A DNA stretch of 64,000 nt from an uncultured Chloroflexia bacterium (GCA_963810095.1 CAWEMM010000006.1:1696001-1760000); one strand, 5' to 3'; counted from the stretch's first letter, positions 33,276 to 43,675 are shown. Numbers and translations are program-made. Notes: generated from the letters alone by a model not told the origin.

Positions 33276-33311
33276 AAGGGCCGGGAGCCTTTGCAGGGCT
33301 CCCGGCCCCTT
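33276..33311. terminator. GC-rich hairpin after the small ORF
   Basis: GGGCCGGGAGCC / GGCTCCCGGCCC. Confidence 0.55.
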
Positions 33312-33515
33312 GCATTCCAACCCCGGCCCCTTGCTGCAGCAACGTGGCGGAAGTGGGGCCAGCAGGCGGCCCGCAGCCAGCGCAGGCGAAGGGGCTAGGC
33401 GGAGGACGCTGCTGAAGCGACCGCGACCGACCTGATCGAAAGTGACGGGTGCGTGACGTTTCGGTGAGGGTTGTGGGCGAGGGGAGGGCCGGCCAACACC
33501 ACGCCGGAAAAAGCA

Positions 33516-33543
33516 ACGGCCGGGGCCACGTGGCCCCGGCCGT
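33516..33543 (-). terminator. hppA terminator
   Basis: Perfect palindrome ACGGCCGGGGCCACGTGGCCCCGGCCGT with a T-run following on the minus strand. Confidence 0.7.
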
Positions 33544-33564
33544 CTGTAGTCTTTGGGGTTTGCC

Positions 33565-35844
33565 TTAGGCGTCCAGACCGTACTGCGCCGGCCGCTTGCT
33601 GAGGCTGATCGCCCAGATGACGACCGCCAGCAGCACTACCATCACGATCACAGTCCCGAGGTCGAGCGTGTTCGAGGCCACGACGATCGGGGCGATGATC
33701 AGGGAGATCAGGTTGATGACCTTGATCAGCGGGTTGAGCGCGGGGCCGGCGGTGTCCTTCAGCGGGTCGCCGACGGTGTCGCCCACGATGCTGGCCTTGT
33801 GCGCTTCAGAGCCCTTGCCGCCGTAATGCCCCTCTTCGACGAGCTTCTTCGCGTTGTCCCACGCGCCGCCGGTGTTGGACATGAAGACCGCGAGCAGCTG
33901 GCCCGACAGGATGACGCCGGCCAGGAAGCCGCCCAGCGCTTCAGCCTTCAGGGTGAAGCCGACGATGATCGGAATCAACACGACGATGATGCCGACGGGC
34001 ATCAGCTCGCGCTGGGCTGCTACCGTCGAGATGCCGACGGCCTTGCGGTAGTCGGGCAAGACGGTGCCTTCACGGACGCCCGGCACGTCGAACTCCTTGC
34101 GGACCACGGCCACCATGCCGTTGGCGGCACGGGAGACGGCCTTGACGAGCAGGGCGCCGAACAGGATCGGAATACCGCCGCCGATCAGGAAGCCAACGAA
34201 TACCCGGGGATTGGCGATGTTGATGACGGTGATCAGGGCGTCTTCGGTGATCTTGCCCGCATCAAGCAGCGCCCGTTGGACGACGCCGATGTCGGTCATA
34301 AAGGAGCCGAACAGGGCCACGGCCGCAATGACCGCAGAGCCGATGGCGACGCCCTTGGTAATGGCTTTGGTCGTGTTGCCCACCGCATCCAGGTCGGTCA
34401 TGATCTTGCGCGCGCTCTCGGGCATCTTCGCCATTTCGCCGATGCCGTTGGCGTTGTCTGAGATCGGGCCGAAGGAGTCCATGGAGACGAGGTTGCCCGC
34501 GTGGGTCAGCCAGCCGATGCCGATGAGGGCCACACCGTAGATGACATACTGCGCGCCCAGGTGACCGTAAATGAGCACGGAGGTCATGATGGCCGCCGCG
34601 ATCGTCATCACCGACCAGGTGCTGGACTCATAGCCCTCGGCCAAGCCGCTGAGGATCGTGGTCGCCGGGCCAAACCGGGTGCTCTTGGCGATTTCCTGCA
34701 CGGGCGATTTGTCGGTCGCCGTGAAGTAAGCCGTGAGGCGGTTGACGATGACGTTGAATATGACGCCCATCGAAACCATGGCCGCCGGCTGCCACCAGTT
34801 CACCGACTCGGTGTTCTTAATGTAGACGAAGGCCAGGATGAAGGACAGCGTGATCGTGATGACCGAGGAGACTTCGTAAGCGATTTCCATGGCGTGCCAG
34901 GCGTTGCCCTTGGCCACTGTCCGCTCCCACACCGGCACCGAGAACGTGCCGACGATCGAGCTGATGACGCCGATGGCGCGCACGAGGAGCGGGAAGACGA
35001 TCCAGTAAACCTGGCCGGTGAGGGACATCAGCGCCAGGCCGAGGATCAGGGCCGAGACGATGGTGACCTCGTAGGACTCGAAGATGTCGGCGGCCATACC
35101 GGCGCAGTCGCCGACGTTGTCGCCCACCTGGTCGGCGATGACGGCCGCATTGCGGGGATCGTCTTCTTCCAGGTTCTCTTCGACCTTGCCCACGAGGTCG
35201 GCGCCGACGTCGGCAGCCTTGGTGTAGATGCCGCCGCCCACGCGCATGAAGAGTGCGACGAGGGTGCCGCCGAAGCCGAAGCCAAGCAGCGCATCGGGGG
35301 CCGCCGCGCCGAAAATGATGAAGATGGTGGTTCCGCCGAGAAGCCCGAGGCCGTCGGTCAGCATGCCCGTCACCGTACCCGAGCGGTACGCGATGCGGAG
35401 GGCGTCGCCGAAGTCATGCATGGAGGCGGCCGCCACACGGATGTTGCCTTGGACCGCCATGCGCATGCCCAACTGGCCGACCATCAGGGAGAAGGTTGCG
35501 CCCAGGATAAAGGCAATGGCGCGGCCGACGGCGATGGTGGTGCGTGCGTTTTGTTCGCCGAACATCGCGCGGGCCTCAGCCGTGGGTTGAGCGATCCAGA
35601 CGCTGGCGAACAAGGCGAAGACCAGAACCGCCATGAAGGGCACGATCGTTCGCAGCTGCTGACCCAGGTAAGCGTCGGCGCCTTCCTTCACAGGCGTCCA
35701 GACCTGGATCATCTTTTCGGTGCCCTTGCTCTCCGACATGACGTTTCGGTAGAGCAGGAAGGCATAAATGAGGCTGATGAATGCGACGACCAGGACGGCG
35801 TAGATGGCAGCCGTCTCGAAGGACGTCAGTGTTAGGTGGGACAT
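33565..35844 (-). CDS. hppA: Membrane-bound ion-translocating pyrophosphatase, K+-independent signature
   Basis: GGGIYTKAADVGADLVGKVE, DNVGDCAG, GNTTKA, GGAWDNAKK, GDTVGDPLKDTAGP. Confidence 0.96.
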   Translation of the reverse strand: MSHLTLTSFETAAIYAVLVVAFISLIYAFLLYRNVMSESKGTEKMIQVWTPVKEGADAYLGQQLRTIVPFMAVLVFALFASVWIAQPTAEARAMFGEQNARTTIAVGRAIAFILGATFSLMVGQLGMRMAVQGNIRVAAASMHDFGDALRIAYRSGTVTGMLTDGLGLLGGTTIFIIFGAAAPDALLGFGFGGTLVALFMRVGGGIYTKAADVGADLVGKVEENLEEDDPRNAAVIADQVGDNVGDCAGMAADIFESYEVTIVSALILGLALMSLTGQVYWIVFPLLVRAIGVISSIVGTFSVPVWERTVAKGNAWHAMEIAYEVSSVITITLSFILAFVYIKNTESVNWWQPAAMVSMGVIFNVIVNRLTAYFTATDKSPVQEIAKSTRFGPATTILSGLAEGYESSTWSVMTIAAAIMTSVLIYGHLGAQYVIYGVALIGIGWLTHAGNLVSMDSFGPISDNANGIGEMAKMPESARKIMTDLDAVGNTTKAITKGVAIGSAVIAAVALFGSFMTDIGVVQRALLDAGKITEDALITVINIANPRVFVGFLIGGGIPILFGALLVKAVSRAANGMVAVVRKEFDVPGVREGTVLPDYRKAVGISTVAAQRELMPVGIIVVLIPIIVGFTLKAEALGGFLAGVILSGQLLAVFMSNTGGAWDNAKKLVEEGHYGGKGSEAHKASIVGDTVGDPLKDTAGPALNPLIKVINLISLIIAPIVVASNTLDLGTVIVMVVLLAVVIWAISLSKRPAQYGLDA

Positions 35845-35964
35845 AAGACCTTCTCCAACCTCCTCGTACGGATAAGAAATCGTTCGCCCCTATGGCTAAG
35901 ACGCGGGCAGTGACCACACGGGCAGGGGGTGCAGGCGACTGCGCGTTCGGGACGCAACATTACA

Positions 35965-36073
35965 ATTCTACGCACTCGTTCAAACCTTGTCAAGAAGTGG
36001 ACGAGTTAGAACGTTTTATGTGAAAGACGTCACCTGATAATTGTTTGACATACACCTACCTTGGGCGGATAAT
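35965..36073. promoter_or_regulatory. Divergent sigma70 promoters (hppA, rnd) with a CRP/Rex-like site between them
   Basis: Minus: TTGACA-17-TAGAAT (35993-35965); plus: TTGACA-17-GATAAT (36045-36073); TGTGA-N6-TCACC at 36019-36034. Confidence 0.65.
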
Positions 36074-36080
36074 AAACCGC

Positions 36081-37274
36081 ATGATGTTTGACGCTACTAA
36101 GGGAGGGCGACGCAGGGAAACACCCTCAGAGCCCCACGCTTCGTTTTCCCAGTTACCGTTGCCCGTGCTGGTCGACACACCCCGCGGTTTTGACGCCATG
36201 ATGGCCGTCCTATCGACGCAGCCGGCGCTCGCCCTCGACACCGAGTCCAACAGCCTCTACCGTTACCACTATCGCGTGTGCATGATCCAGATCAGCACCG
36301 CCGATACCGACTACCTGCTTGATCCCCTGCGCCTGCCCGACATTCAGCCTCTCGGCGAAGTACTTGCCGATCGCCAGATCCAGAAGGTGTTCCACGCGGC
36401 CGAAAATGACATCCTGATGCTTAAGCGGGACTTTGACTTCGGCTTTGCCAACATCTTCGACACGATGCTGGCTGCACGGATCCTGGGCTGGCGCCAGGTG
36501 AGCCTGGCCGCGCTGCTGCAACAGCACTTCGGGGTGGCGCTCGACAAGCACGCGCAACTGACGGATTGGGGCCAGCGGCCGCTCACTTCGGCCCAGCTCA
36601 GCTATGCGCGCCTGGACAGCCATTACCTGCTGGCGCTGCGCGATCTGCTCACCACGGCGCTGGGCGAGCGGAAGCGCTGGCGCGAGGCGCAGGAGGCGTT
36701 TGAGGCCCTGCCCGGCGTCACCTACGTCGAGAAGCCTTTTGACCCCGACGCGTTTTGGCGCATCAAGGGCGCCCGCGACCTGGAGCCGAGCGAGCTGGCC
36801 GTGCTGCGTGAGCTGTACCTCTGGCGCGACGACCAGGCCCGTCTCGTCGACCGGCCGCCCTTCAAAGTTATCGGCGACGAAACACTGATGCTCCTCAGCC
36901 GGATGCAGCCCGAGCACCCTTTCGAACTGCCGCTGAGCCCGCGCCAGATCGACCAGTTCGGGTTGGACGTGCTGAACGCGGTTGCCCGCGGCCGGCATGC
37001 GCCGCCGCCCACCCCGCCCGTTCGCCCACACAACGGCAATGGGCGACCCGATCCCCAAGTGCAGGCGCGGTTCGATCGCCTGCGGGCATGGCGCGCGCAG
37101 CGGGCGGCGCAGCGGGAGGTGGAGCCGGATATCGTCATGACGAACGAGGCGCTGATGGCGATCGCCAGGGCCGCGCCGCTTAGCCTTGATGCGCTCGCCA
37201 ATGTAGGTGTGATGGGCGCGTGGAAGCTGCAAGAGTACGGCGCCGATGTGCTCGGCGTCATTGCGCCGGGTTGA
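36081..37274 (+). CDS. rnd: Ribonuclease D with HRDC domains
   Basis: ALDTESNS, KVFHAAEND, FDTMLAA, DWGQRPL..YARLD, two HRDC domains. Confidence 0.9.
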   Translation: MMFDATKGGRRRETPSEPHASFSQLPLPVLVDTPRGFDAMMAVLSTQPALALDTESNSLYRYHYRVCMIQISTADTDYLLDPLRLPDIQPLGEVLADRQIQKVFHAAENDILMLKRDFDFGFANIFDTMLAARILGWRQVSLAALLQQHFGVALDKHAQLTDWGQRPLTSAQLSYARLDSHYLLALRDLLTTALGERKRWREAQEAFEALPGVTYVEKPFDPDAFWRIKGARDLEPSELAVLRELYLWRDDQARLVDRPPFKVIGDETLMLLSRMQPEHPFELPLSPRQIDQFGLDVLNAVARGRHAPPPTPPVRPHNGNGRPDPQVQARFDRLRAWRAQRAAQREVEPDIVMTNEALMAIARAAPLSLDALANVGVMGAWKLQEYGADVLGVIAPG

Positions 37275-37280
37275 GCCTGG

Positions 37281-37532
37281 ATGGCTAACGATTACAGCGA
37301 GGTGCGCATCGGCGACGAGGTCCGGATGCGCAAGCCGCACCCCTGTGGGAGCGACCAATGGCGCGTCGTCCGCTTGGGCGCGGACATCGGCATCGTGTGC
37401 GGCGGGTGTGGGCGCAAGGTGCTGCTGCCGCGGTCGCAGTATATGCGCCAGGTGAAGACGCTGTTGCGGCAGGGCCCGACGGCGCTTGACCCGGCTGCAC
37501 CCCAGGCCGGCTTAAGCACGCCCCATGACTGA
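37281..37532 (+). CDS. DUF951-family protein
   Basis: [21 protein letters not shown]. Confidence 0.88.
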   Translation: MANDYSEVRIGDEVRMRKPHPCGSDQWRVVRLGADIGIVCGGCGRKVLLPRSQYMRQVKTLLRQGPTALDPAAPQAGLSTPHD

Positions 37533-38880
37533 CACCTCCTCCGCCGGTTTCCGGGCGGTTCTCACAAACCGTCACTTCCGCGCGTTGTGGTTCGCCCAAC
37601 TCCTGGCGCAGATCAGCCAGAATGCCATCAACTTCGTCCAGTTGGTGCTGGTCGAGCAGTTGACTGGCTCGGCCATGCAGCTTGGCATCACGATCCTCGC
37701 GTTCACCATCCCGGGCGTCCTCTTCAGCCCCATTGCCGGCGTGGTCGTCGATCGCATGTCGAAGAAGACGATCCTGGTCGGCTCGAACGCCATCAGGGTG
37801 TTCCTGGCCCTAGCCTACATCCCGGTGATTGCGAATTTGCAGGGGCCGGCGCGTCTGCTTGCGATCTACGTGATTACGTTCCTGATGGCCACGCTGGCGC
37901 AGTTTTTCGCGCCGGCTGAGGGCGCCTCGATCCCCTTGTTGGTGGGCGAAAGCCTCCTGCTGCCTGCTAACTCGCTGTTCACCCTGACCATCGCCGTCGC
38001 CCAGATCTTGGGACTGATGGTGCTCGGGCCGATCTCCATCAGCTTGCTTAAGGTTGAAGGTGGGTTCGTCGTGGCGGCCGTCTTGTACTTGATCGCGGCC
38101 ATCTCGGTCTCGACCTTGCCCAAGGACACGCCGCCCCGCCGAGCGGTCAGCGCACTCTCGCCGTGGCGGCTGTTGTGGGACGACATCCAGGAGAGCCTGC
38201 GTTTTATCGGGGGGCAGCGCCGCATCCAGGCGGCCATGATCCAGTTGGTGACAATTGCGACGCTGATCCTCGTCATGGCCGAGCTGGCGCCAGGCTATGC
38301 CGCCCGTGTCTTGGGCATGTCGGCTCAGAATGCGGTGTTGGTGTTTTTGCCTGCGGGCATCGGCATGGTGCTAGCGATCTGGTTCACCGGGCGGTTCGGT
38401 CACGTGCTCCGGCGGGTGGGCTTCGCGTTCTTCGGCTTGGGGCTGGCGGGCCTGACCTTCGCCGGCATGGGCTGGACCGCGATGGGCTATAACACGTTGA
38501 TGCGGCCGATTTTGCGGCTGTATCCCAATGCGGCCTTCAGCCTGACCACCGCGACGATGGCGCTCGGCTTTTTTCTGGGGTTGTTCCTGGCGGGCGTCAA
38601 CATCCTGGCGCAAACCCTGGTCCAGCAGGAGTCGCCCCCCTACATCCGTGGCCGGGTCTTGGCGATGCAGTTCACGCTCAGCAGCCTGGTCAGCATTCCG
38701 CCGATGCTGGCACTGGGGCGCCTGGCCGACACCATTGGCATTCCCCGTGCGATGGAGATCGTCGGCTGGTCCGCGGTCGGCATGGCGGTTTTGAGTTATG
38801 TGGTGTCGCGCCTGCCGCTGCGGAAGGCGCGCCCGGCGGGCAGCACCGATGTGCCCGTGGAGCAGGGAGATGAAGCATGA
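37525..38880 (+). CDS. MFS transporter
   Basis: [26 protein letters not shown]; 12 TM segments. Confidence 0.9.
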   Translation: MTDTSSAGFRAVLTNRHFRALWFAQLLAQISQNAINFVQLVLVEQLTGSAMQLGITILAFTIPGVLFSPIAGVVVDRMSKKTILVGSNAIRVFLALAYIPVIANLQGPARLLAIYVITFLMATLAQFFAPAEGASIPLLVGESLLLPANSLFTLTIAVAQILGLMVLGPISISLLKVEGGFVVAAVLYLIAAISVSTLPKDTPPRRAVSALSPWRLLWDDIQESLRFIGGQRRIQAAMIQLVTIATLILVMAELAPGYAARVLGMSAQNAVLVFLPAGIGMVLAIWFTGRFGHVLRRVGFAFFGLGLAGLTFAGMGWTAMGYNTLMRPILRLYPNAAFSLTTATMALGFFLGLFLAGVNILAQTLVQQESPPYIRGRVLAMQFTLSSLVSIPPMLALGRLADTIGIPRAMEIVGWSAVGMAVLSYVVSRLPLRKARPAGSTDVPVEQGDEA

Positions 38881-39677
38881 CCCAATCTGAGACGGCGCCG
38901 GGCGCTGCTACGGGATCGCATGCGATCGGGCGGGACCTCCTGGTCGCATACCTGGACGAATACCTCCAGGTGGGCGAGGCGAAGGACTGGGGCGAAAACG
39001 GTCTGCAGGTCGAAGGTGCGGACGAGGTGCGCTCGCTCGCGTTCGCGGTGGACGCGTCGCACGCTGCGATCGCGGGAGCCGTGGCAGCGGGCGCCCGCAT
39101 GTTGATCGTGCACCACGGCCTGTTCTGGGGCAAGCCGCTGCGCATCGTGGGTGCGCACCGCCGGCGGGTGAAGACCCTGCTGGACGGGGGCTGCAGCCTG
39201 TACGGCGTCCATCTTCCGCTCGATCGCCATCCTGAAGTGGGCAATAACGCGGAGCTGGCGCGGCTGCTCGGACTGAAGGTTGCCGGCAACCTCGGCGAAG
39301 CGTTTGGCGCGCCGGTGGGTTTCGTGACCGAACCCGAGGCGCCCCTGCCCCTCGACCGGCTCGTCGAGCGGGTGCGAACGGCGGTGGGTGTGCCGCTGCT
39401 GGTGCAGGCGGGGGGCCCGTCGATCGTTCGCAAGGTCGGGATCATTTCGGGCGGGGCCGCGGGCGAGATCGCCGCGGCGGTCGCGGCGGGGTGCGACACC
39501 TATCTGACTGGGGAAACCAGCCATAGTTCGTACCACGATGCGGCCGAGCAGGGCATTAACGTCATCTACGCGGGGCACTATGCGACGGAGACGGTGGGCC
39601 TGAGGGCGCTGGCGCGCCACCTGGAGCGGCGCTTCGGGCTACCGTGGACATTTATTGAAGGGCCAACCGGGCTCTGA
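38877..39677 (+). CDS. Nif3-like dinuclear metal protein
   Basis: NGLQVEG, VHHGLFW, HLPLDRHPEVGNN, AGHYATE. Confidence 0.92.
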   Translation: MTQSETAPGAATGSHAIGRDLLVAYLDEYLQVGEAKDWGENGLQVEGADEVRSLAFAVDASHAAIAGAVAAGARMLIVHHGLFWGKPLRIVGAHRRRVKTLLDGGCSLYGVHLPLDRHPEVGNNAELARLLGLKVAGNLGEAFGAPVGFVTEPEAPLPLDRLVERVRTAVGVPLLVQAGGPSIVRKVGIISGGAAGEIAAAVAAGCDTYLTGETSHSSYHDAAEQGINVIYAGHYATETVGLRALARHLERRFGLPWTFIEGPTGL

Positions 39678-39678
39678 T

Positions 39679-39756
39679 TTGACACTAACGGGCGCGCGTA
39701 GGTATAATCCGTTAGGTTAAGCGGGTGAGACCTGCTATCTGTCTCGCCTGCTTTTT
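39679..39756 (+). promoter_or_regulatory. rpmH promoter followed by a terminator-like hairpin
   Basis: TTGACA-18-TATAAT (39679-39708); stem 39719-39753 with T-run. Confidence 0.6.
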
Positions 39757-39801
39757 GTGTCTGTACACTATGCGTCTAAATCAGATCAGGAGTATTCGTT
39801 C

Positions 39802-39942
39802 ATGTCCACGAAACGAACTTATCAGCCGAAGAGCCGGCGCCGCCAGCGCGTGCACGGTTTCATGGCACGCATGAGCACACACGGCGGACGCCGCGTTATT
39901 GCCGCACGGCGGGCCCGCGGCCGCAAGCGCCTTGCAGTCTGA
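39802..39942 (+). CDS. rpmH: 50S ribosomal protein L34
   Basis: [24 protein letters not shown]; RBS AGGAG. Confidence 0.97.
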   Translation: MSTKRTYQPKSRRRQRVHGFMARMSTHGGRRVIAARRARGRKRLAV

Positions 39943-39981
39943 GCTGCCCTCGGTCGGGAAGCCAGAGACAGAAGTTGAGCT

Positions 39982-40320
39982 TTGGAGCGCCGGTTTCGAG
40001 TTAGCGACAGCGGAAGGTTCCGGCAGGTCAGGCAGGAGGGCGCCAGTCACGCGCATCCATTGATGGTCTTGAGTTATTTGCGTAATGACTCGGAGATCAG
40101 CCGCTGCGGATTTACGGTAAGCAAACGGATCGGCAAAGCGGTGACGCGCAACCGGGCGCGGCGGCGGATGCGAGAGGCAGTGCGAGGTTTGTGGGATTTG
40201 GTGCAGCCGGGTTGGGACCTCATTTGGGTGGCTCGGCCGGGCATCAACGAGGCGAATTTCCAAGAACTGCAAGACGCCTGTGCCCGCCTGCTACGGCGGG
40301 CACGCTTGCTAAATGAGTGA
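39982..40320 (+). CDS. rnpA: RNase P protein component
   Basis: GFTVSKRIGKAVTRNRARRRMRE; synteny. Confidence 0.95.
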   Translation: MERRFRVSDSGRFRQVRQEGASHAHPLMVLSYLRNDSEISRCGFTVSKRIGKAVTRNRARRRMREAVRGLWDLVQPGWDLIWVARPGINEANFQELQDACARLLRRARLLNE

Positions 40321-40348
40321 AGTGTGAGTTGCGGGCGGCGTGGACATC

Positions 40349-40558
40349 ATGAGACGCGTTCTGATGGTCCTGATCCGGGGCTACCAGCGGTTTATCTCGC
40401 CGGGCCTGCCGGCGTCGTGCCGCTTCTATCCCTCGTGTTCCGAGTATACTTATCAGGCAATCGAAAAGTACGGCGCATTGCGCGGGGGCTGGATGGGCAT
40501 CCGGCGGATTAGCCGCTGCCATCCGTTTCATCCCGGCGGCTACGACCCTGTACCCTAA
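40349..40558 (+). CDS. yidD: Membrane protein insertion efficiency factor
   Basis: [31 protein letters not shown]. Confidence 0.95.
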   Translation: MRRVLMVLIRGYQRFISPGLPASCRFYPSCSEYTYQAIEKYGALRGGWMGIRRISRCHPFHPGGYDPVP

Positions 40559-40579
40559 GTTAGAGGAGCGTCACAGAGC

Positions 40580-41734
40580 GTGAACAAGAAGCACCGCACC
40601 TTACTGTTGGTGGCGGTACTGCTGCTGGCAGTCGTGATTTTGTCCGGCTGTTCCGTCCCGCAAGGCACCATCAATATCAACGCCGCTGTCAGCGAAGTCG
40701 GCTGGTGGAACGGCTTCATCGTGTATCCCCTCGCCAAGCTGCTGATGAAGCTCAACGAGTTCATCCGCGGTCTCGGGGTCGTGTACAGCTGGGGCTGGGC
40801 TATCATTGTCTTTACCATCCTGGTAAAGGTCGTCACGCTCCCGCTGACGTTCAAGCAACTGCAATCGACCAAGGCCCAGCAAGCGCTTCAGCCGAAGATG
40901 CGCGAACTGCAGGAGAAGTACGGCAAGGACAAGCAGAAGCTCGCCGAAGAGCAGATGAAGATGTACAAGGAGTACGGCGTCAGCCCGATGGGCGGCTGCC
41001 TGCCCCTGATCATCCAGCTGCCGATCCTATGGGGCTTGTACCAGGCGCTGTACGTCCTGGCGAACCCGACCGTGGGACAGCTGACGAATGCGGGCTTCTA
41101 CTGGATCCCCGACCTGGCGCTCCCCGCCCTGGCCTCTCCGGGCATCCAGACACCTACCCTCAACGGCGTCCCCATGGAAGGCACCAAGTGGATCGGGGCC
41201 GCGTTCCAGGCGCAGGAGTGGGGCATCCTCTTCGCATACATGAGCCTGCCGATCCTCATGCTGCTGACCCAGCTGCTCGTCCAGAAGATGTCGCAACCCT
41301 CCAAGGCTTCGGGTGCGTCACAGGACCCGCAGGCGCGCATGATGGGGCAGATGATGTTCTTCATGCCGATCATGTTTGCCTGGATCACCCTCGGCCTACC
41401 CTCGGGCTTGACCCTCTACTGGACGGTTTCAAACCTGCTGGCCCTGGTTCAGCAGTACTTCGTCACCGGATGGGGCGGCCTGGCTGACTGGTTCCCCTTC
41501 CTGCATGCCAAGCAGCCTGCTTGGTCGGGTGCCACTGCGGGTGGCGCTGCGACGACTGCTGCCAGCGCTAACACCCGCAGCAATGCGACGGCAGCGCGCA
41601 GCAATGGTACCAGCGTGCCGAGCGGCAAGACGGCAAGCGCCGGCGCGACCTCTGGCGGCGCTCCGGTTACGAGCGGGTCGGTTGAAGAAACGCCTGAGAA
41701 GCCAGTAAAGCGGAAGAACCGCCGCCGGCGTTAG
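40580..41734 (+). CDS. yidC: YidC/Oxa1 membrane insertase (lipoprotein type)
   Basis: LSGC lipobox, WGWAIIVFT, GGCLPLIIQLPI, PSGLTLYW. Confidence 0.95.
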   Translation: MNKKHRTLLLVAVLLLAVVILSGCSVPQGTININAAVSEVGWWNGFIVYPLAKLLMKLNEFIRGLGVVYSWGWAIIVFTILVKVVTLPLTFKQLQSTKAQQALQPKMRELQEKYGKDKQKLAEEQMKMYKEYGVSPMGGCLPLIIQLPILWGLYQALYVLANPTVGQLTNAGFYWIPDLALPALASPGIQTPTLNGVPMEGTKWIGAAFQAQEWGILFAYMSLPILMLLTQLLVQKMSQPSKASGASQDPQARMMGQMMFFMPIMFAWITLGLPSGLTLYWTVSNLLALVQQYFVTGWGGLADWFPFLHAKQPAWSGATAGGAATTAASANTRSNATAARSNGTSVPSGKTASAGATSGGAPVTSGSVEETPEKPVKRKNRRRR

Positions 41735-41783
41735 GCGTGATCACGTGTGGCGCGCGCACAGGTAGCGCTTAGGAAGTGAACGT

Positions 41784-42620
41784 ATGACAGGAGAAAAGAG
41801 CGGAGAGTTCCGCGGGAAGAGCGTCGAGGCGGCGGTGGCAGCCGGCTTGACCGCGCTGCGACTTGACCGCGAAGACGTGGAAGTTGAGATCGTGCGCCCG
41901 GGCAGTCGCGGCGTGCTGGGAATCGGGGCCGAGGATGCCGTCGTGCGCCTGACTTCGGTCAAGCGCGGATCCGCTGCGGAAGCCCGGCCGGCCCCGCGTG
42001 CCGAAGCCCCTGAGCCGCGACCGGTTCAGGCGCCCGCGCCGCGAACCGAACCCAAGCCCGCTGCTGCGCCGGCCCCGACGAGCAGTGCGGCGCCGGCCCC
42101 CGCGCCCGCGGCCAAGGCCGAGACCGGGACTCCCGAGGAACGCGGACAGGCTGCTGCCGAGAAGGGTCGCGAGCTCCTTCTGGGCATGTTGCAGCGCATG
42201 GACCTGGATGCGGATGTCGAGATTGTGCCGCAGAGCGACGCCGAAACCGACGAAGACGAACGGGCGCTCGTCCTCAACATTATCGGGGATGACCTGGGCG
42301 TGCTGATCGGGCGCCAAAACGAAACCCTTTCGGCGCTGGAGTTCGTCACCCGCCTGATGGTTAATCAGCAGGTGCGCACACGCACGAGCTTCGTGGTCGA
42401 CGTGAACGGGTACCGGGCCAAGCGTGCCGAATCGCTGCGCAAGCTGGCGCTGCGTATGGCCGACCAGGTCGCCGAGTCCGGCCGCACAGTCGCGCTCGAA
42501 CCGATGCCACCCGCCGAACGCCGCATCATTCACCTGGCGCTCCGCGATCACCCCGCGGTGAGCACGCAGAGCATCGGCGAGGGCGACCGCCGCAAGGTCA
42601 CGCTCGTAGCGAAGAAGTAG
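41784..42620 (+). CDS. jag: Jag/KhpB RNA-binding protein
   Basis: Jag-N GKSVEAAV, KH LIGRQNETL, R3H ERRIIH. Confidence 0.95.
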   Translation: MTGEKSGEFRGKSVEAAVAAGLTALRLDREDVEVEIVRPGSRGVLGIGAEDAVVRLTSVKRGSAAEARPAPRAEAPEPRPVQAPAPRTEPKPAAAPAPTSSAAPAPAPAAKAETGTPEERGQAAAEKGRELLLGMLQRMDLDADVEIVPQSDAETDEDERALVLNIIGDDLGVLIGRQNETLSALEFVTRLMVNQQVRTRTSFVVDVNGYRAKRAESLRKLALRMADQVAESGRTVALEPMPPAERRIIHLALRDHPAVSTQSIGEGDRRKVTLVAKK

Positions 42621-42660
42621 CTCGACCCTCAGACGGCAGCTGCTGCGGCCTGCACCTTGC

Positions 42661-42691
42661 ACGCCGGTCTCCCATGGGAGACCGGCGTTTT
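42661..42691 (+). terminator. Terminator of the rpmH-jag operon
   Basis: ACGCCGGTCTCCC AT GGGAGACCGGCGT TTT. Confidence 0.8.
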
Positions 42692-42781
42692 CGTTGACCC
42701 CCCTCCCTGTCTGTGTTAGAATCGCGGGGCTGTAGGCCGCGCACGCAGCATACGGGCGACTCTATCGGGACGGAGTGAAAG

Positions 42782-43675
42782 TTGGACATCAATTTCCTCA
42801 CGGTTGGCAACCTCACGCGCGATACCACACCCGAAGGATTCCGCCTCGGTGGCACCGTTTCTTTCGCAGCATTGACCGCCCGCAACCTGGGTTGGCGGCC
42901 CGGAATGCTCACCCGCGCCTCGCTCGACGGGCTCATGCCGGGCGAGCCGGGGCCCGACGGGCTGATTCGCACGACCGGCCTGCCCGACACCTTGCTGGCC
43001 GGCATCCCAATCTTCGTCGAGCCTTCGCCGGTCACCACGACGTTTACCAACATCTATGCCCCCCAGGGCCGGACGCAGTACATCACGGCGGTCGCCCCGC
43101 CCGTGACACCCGACGGGCTGCCGCGCGAGTGGTCCGACGTGCCGGTCGTGCTGCTCGGCTCGATTGCGCGCGAACTGCCGCTGCAATGGGCTGCGGAGTT
43201 CCCAACCGCGCTGATGGGGATTGCGCCGCAGGGCCTGATGCGACGCTGGGATGAGGACGGCCTCGTGACCCACGGGCGATGGGACGACGGGGGCCTGTTC
43301 GTGCGCCGTTGCGACGTCGTCTTTCTGAGCCGTGAAGATGTGAGCGGCGACGACGGCTACATCGCCGAGCTAGCAGCCCAGACCCGTTTGCTGGTCGTGA
43401 CCGACGGTTATCACGGCGCGACGGTCTATCTCGAAGGACGGGCCACAGCAATCCCGCCCCGGCGCGCTCGTGAGGTCGACCCGACCGGCGCGGGCGACGT
43501 GTTCGCCACCTCGTTCCTGATCCGTTACGCCGAGACGCGCGATCCGTTCATCGCCGCCCGCTTCGCCAACATCGCCGCGTCGATGTCCGTGGAGGCGACG
43601 GGTGCGGACGCCATCCCCGTGCGTGCGGTGGTGGAGCGCTGGGTCGAAGCCGAGTCTCTGGTAGGGCAAGCGTAA
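42782..43675 (+). CDS. PfkB-family carbohydrate kinase
   Basis: GNLTRD, LGGTVSF, VDPTGAGDVFA. Confidence 0.88.
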   Translation: MDINFLTVGNLTRDTTPEGFRLGGTVSFAALTARNLGWRPGMLTRASLDGLMPGEPGPDGLIRTTGLPDTLLAGIPIFVEPSPVTTTFTNIYAPQGRTQYITAVAPPVTPDGLPREWSDVPVVLLGSIARELPLQWAAEFPTALMGIAPQGLMRRWDEDGLVTHGRWDDGGLFVRRCDVVFLSREDVSGDDGYIAELAAQTRLLVVTDGYHGATVYLEGRATAIPPRRAREVDPTGAGDVFATSFLIRYAETRDPFIAARFANIAASMSVEATGADAIPVRAVVERWVEAESLVGQA

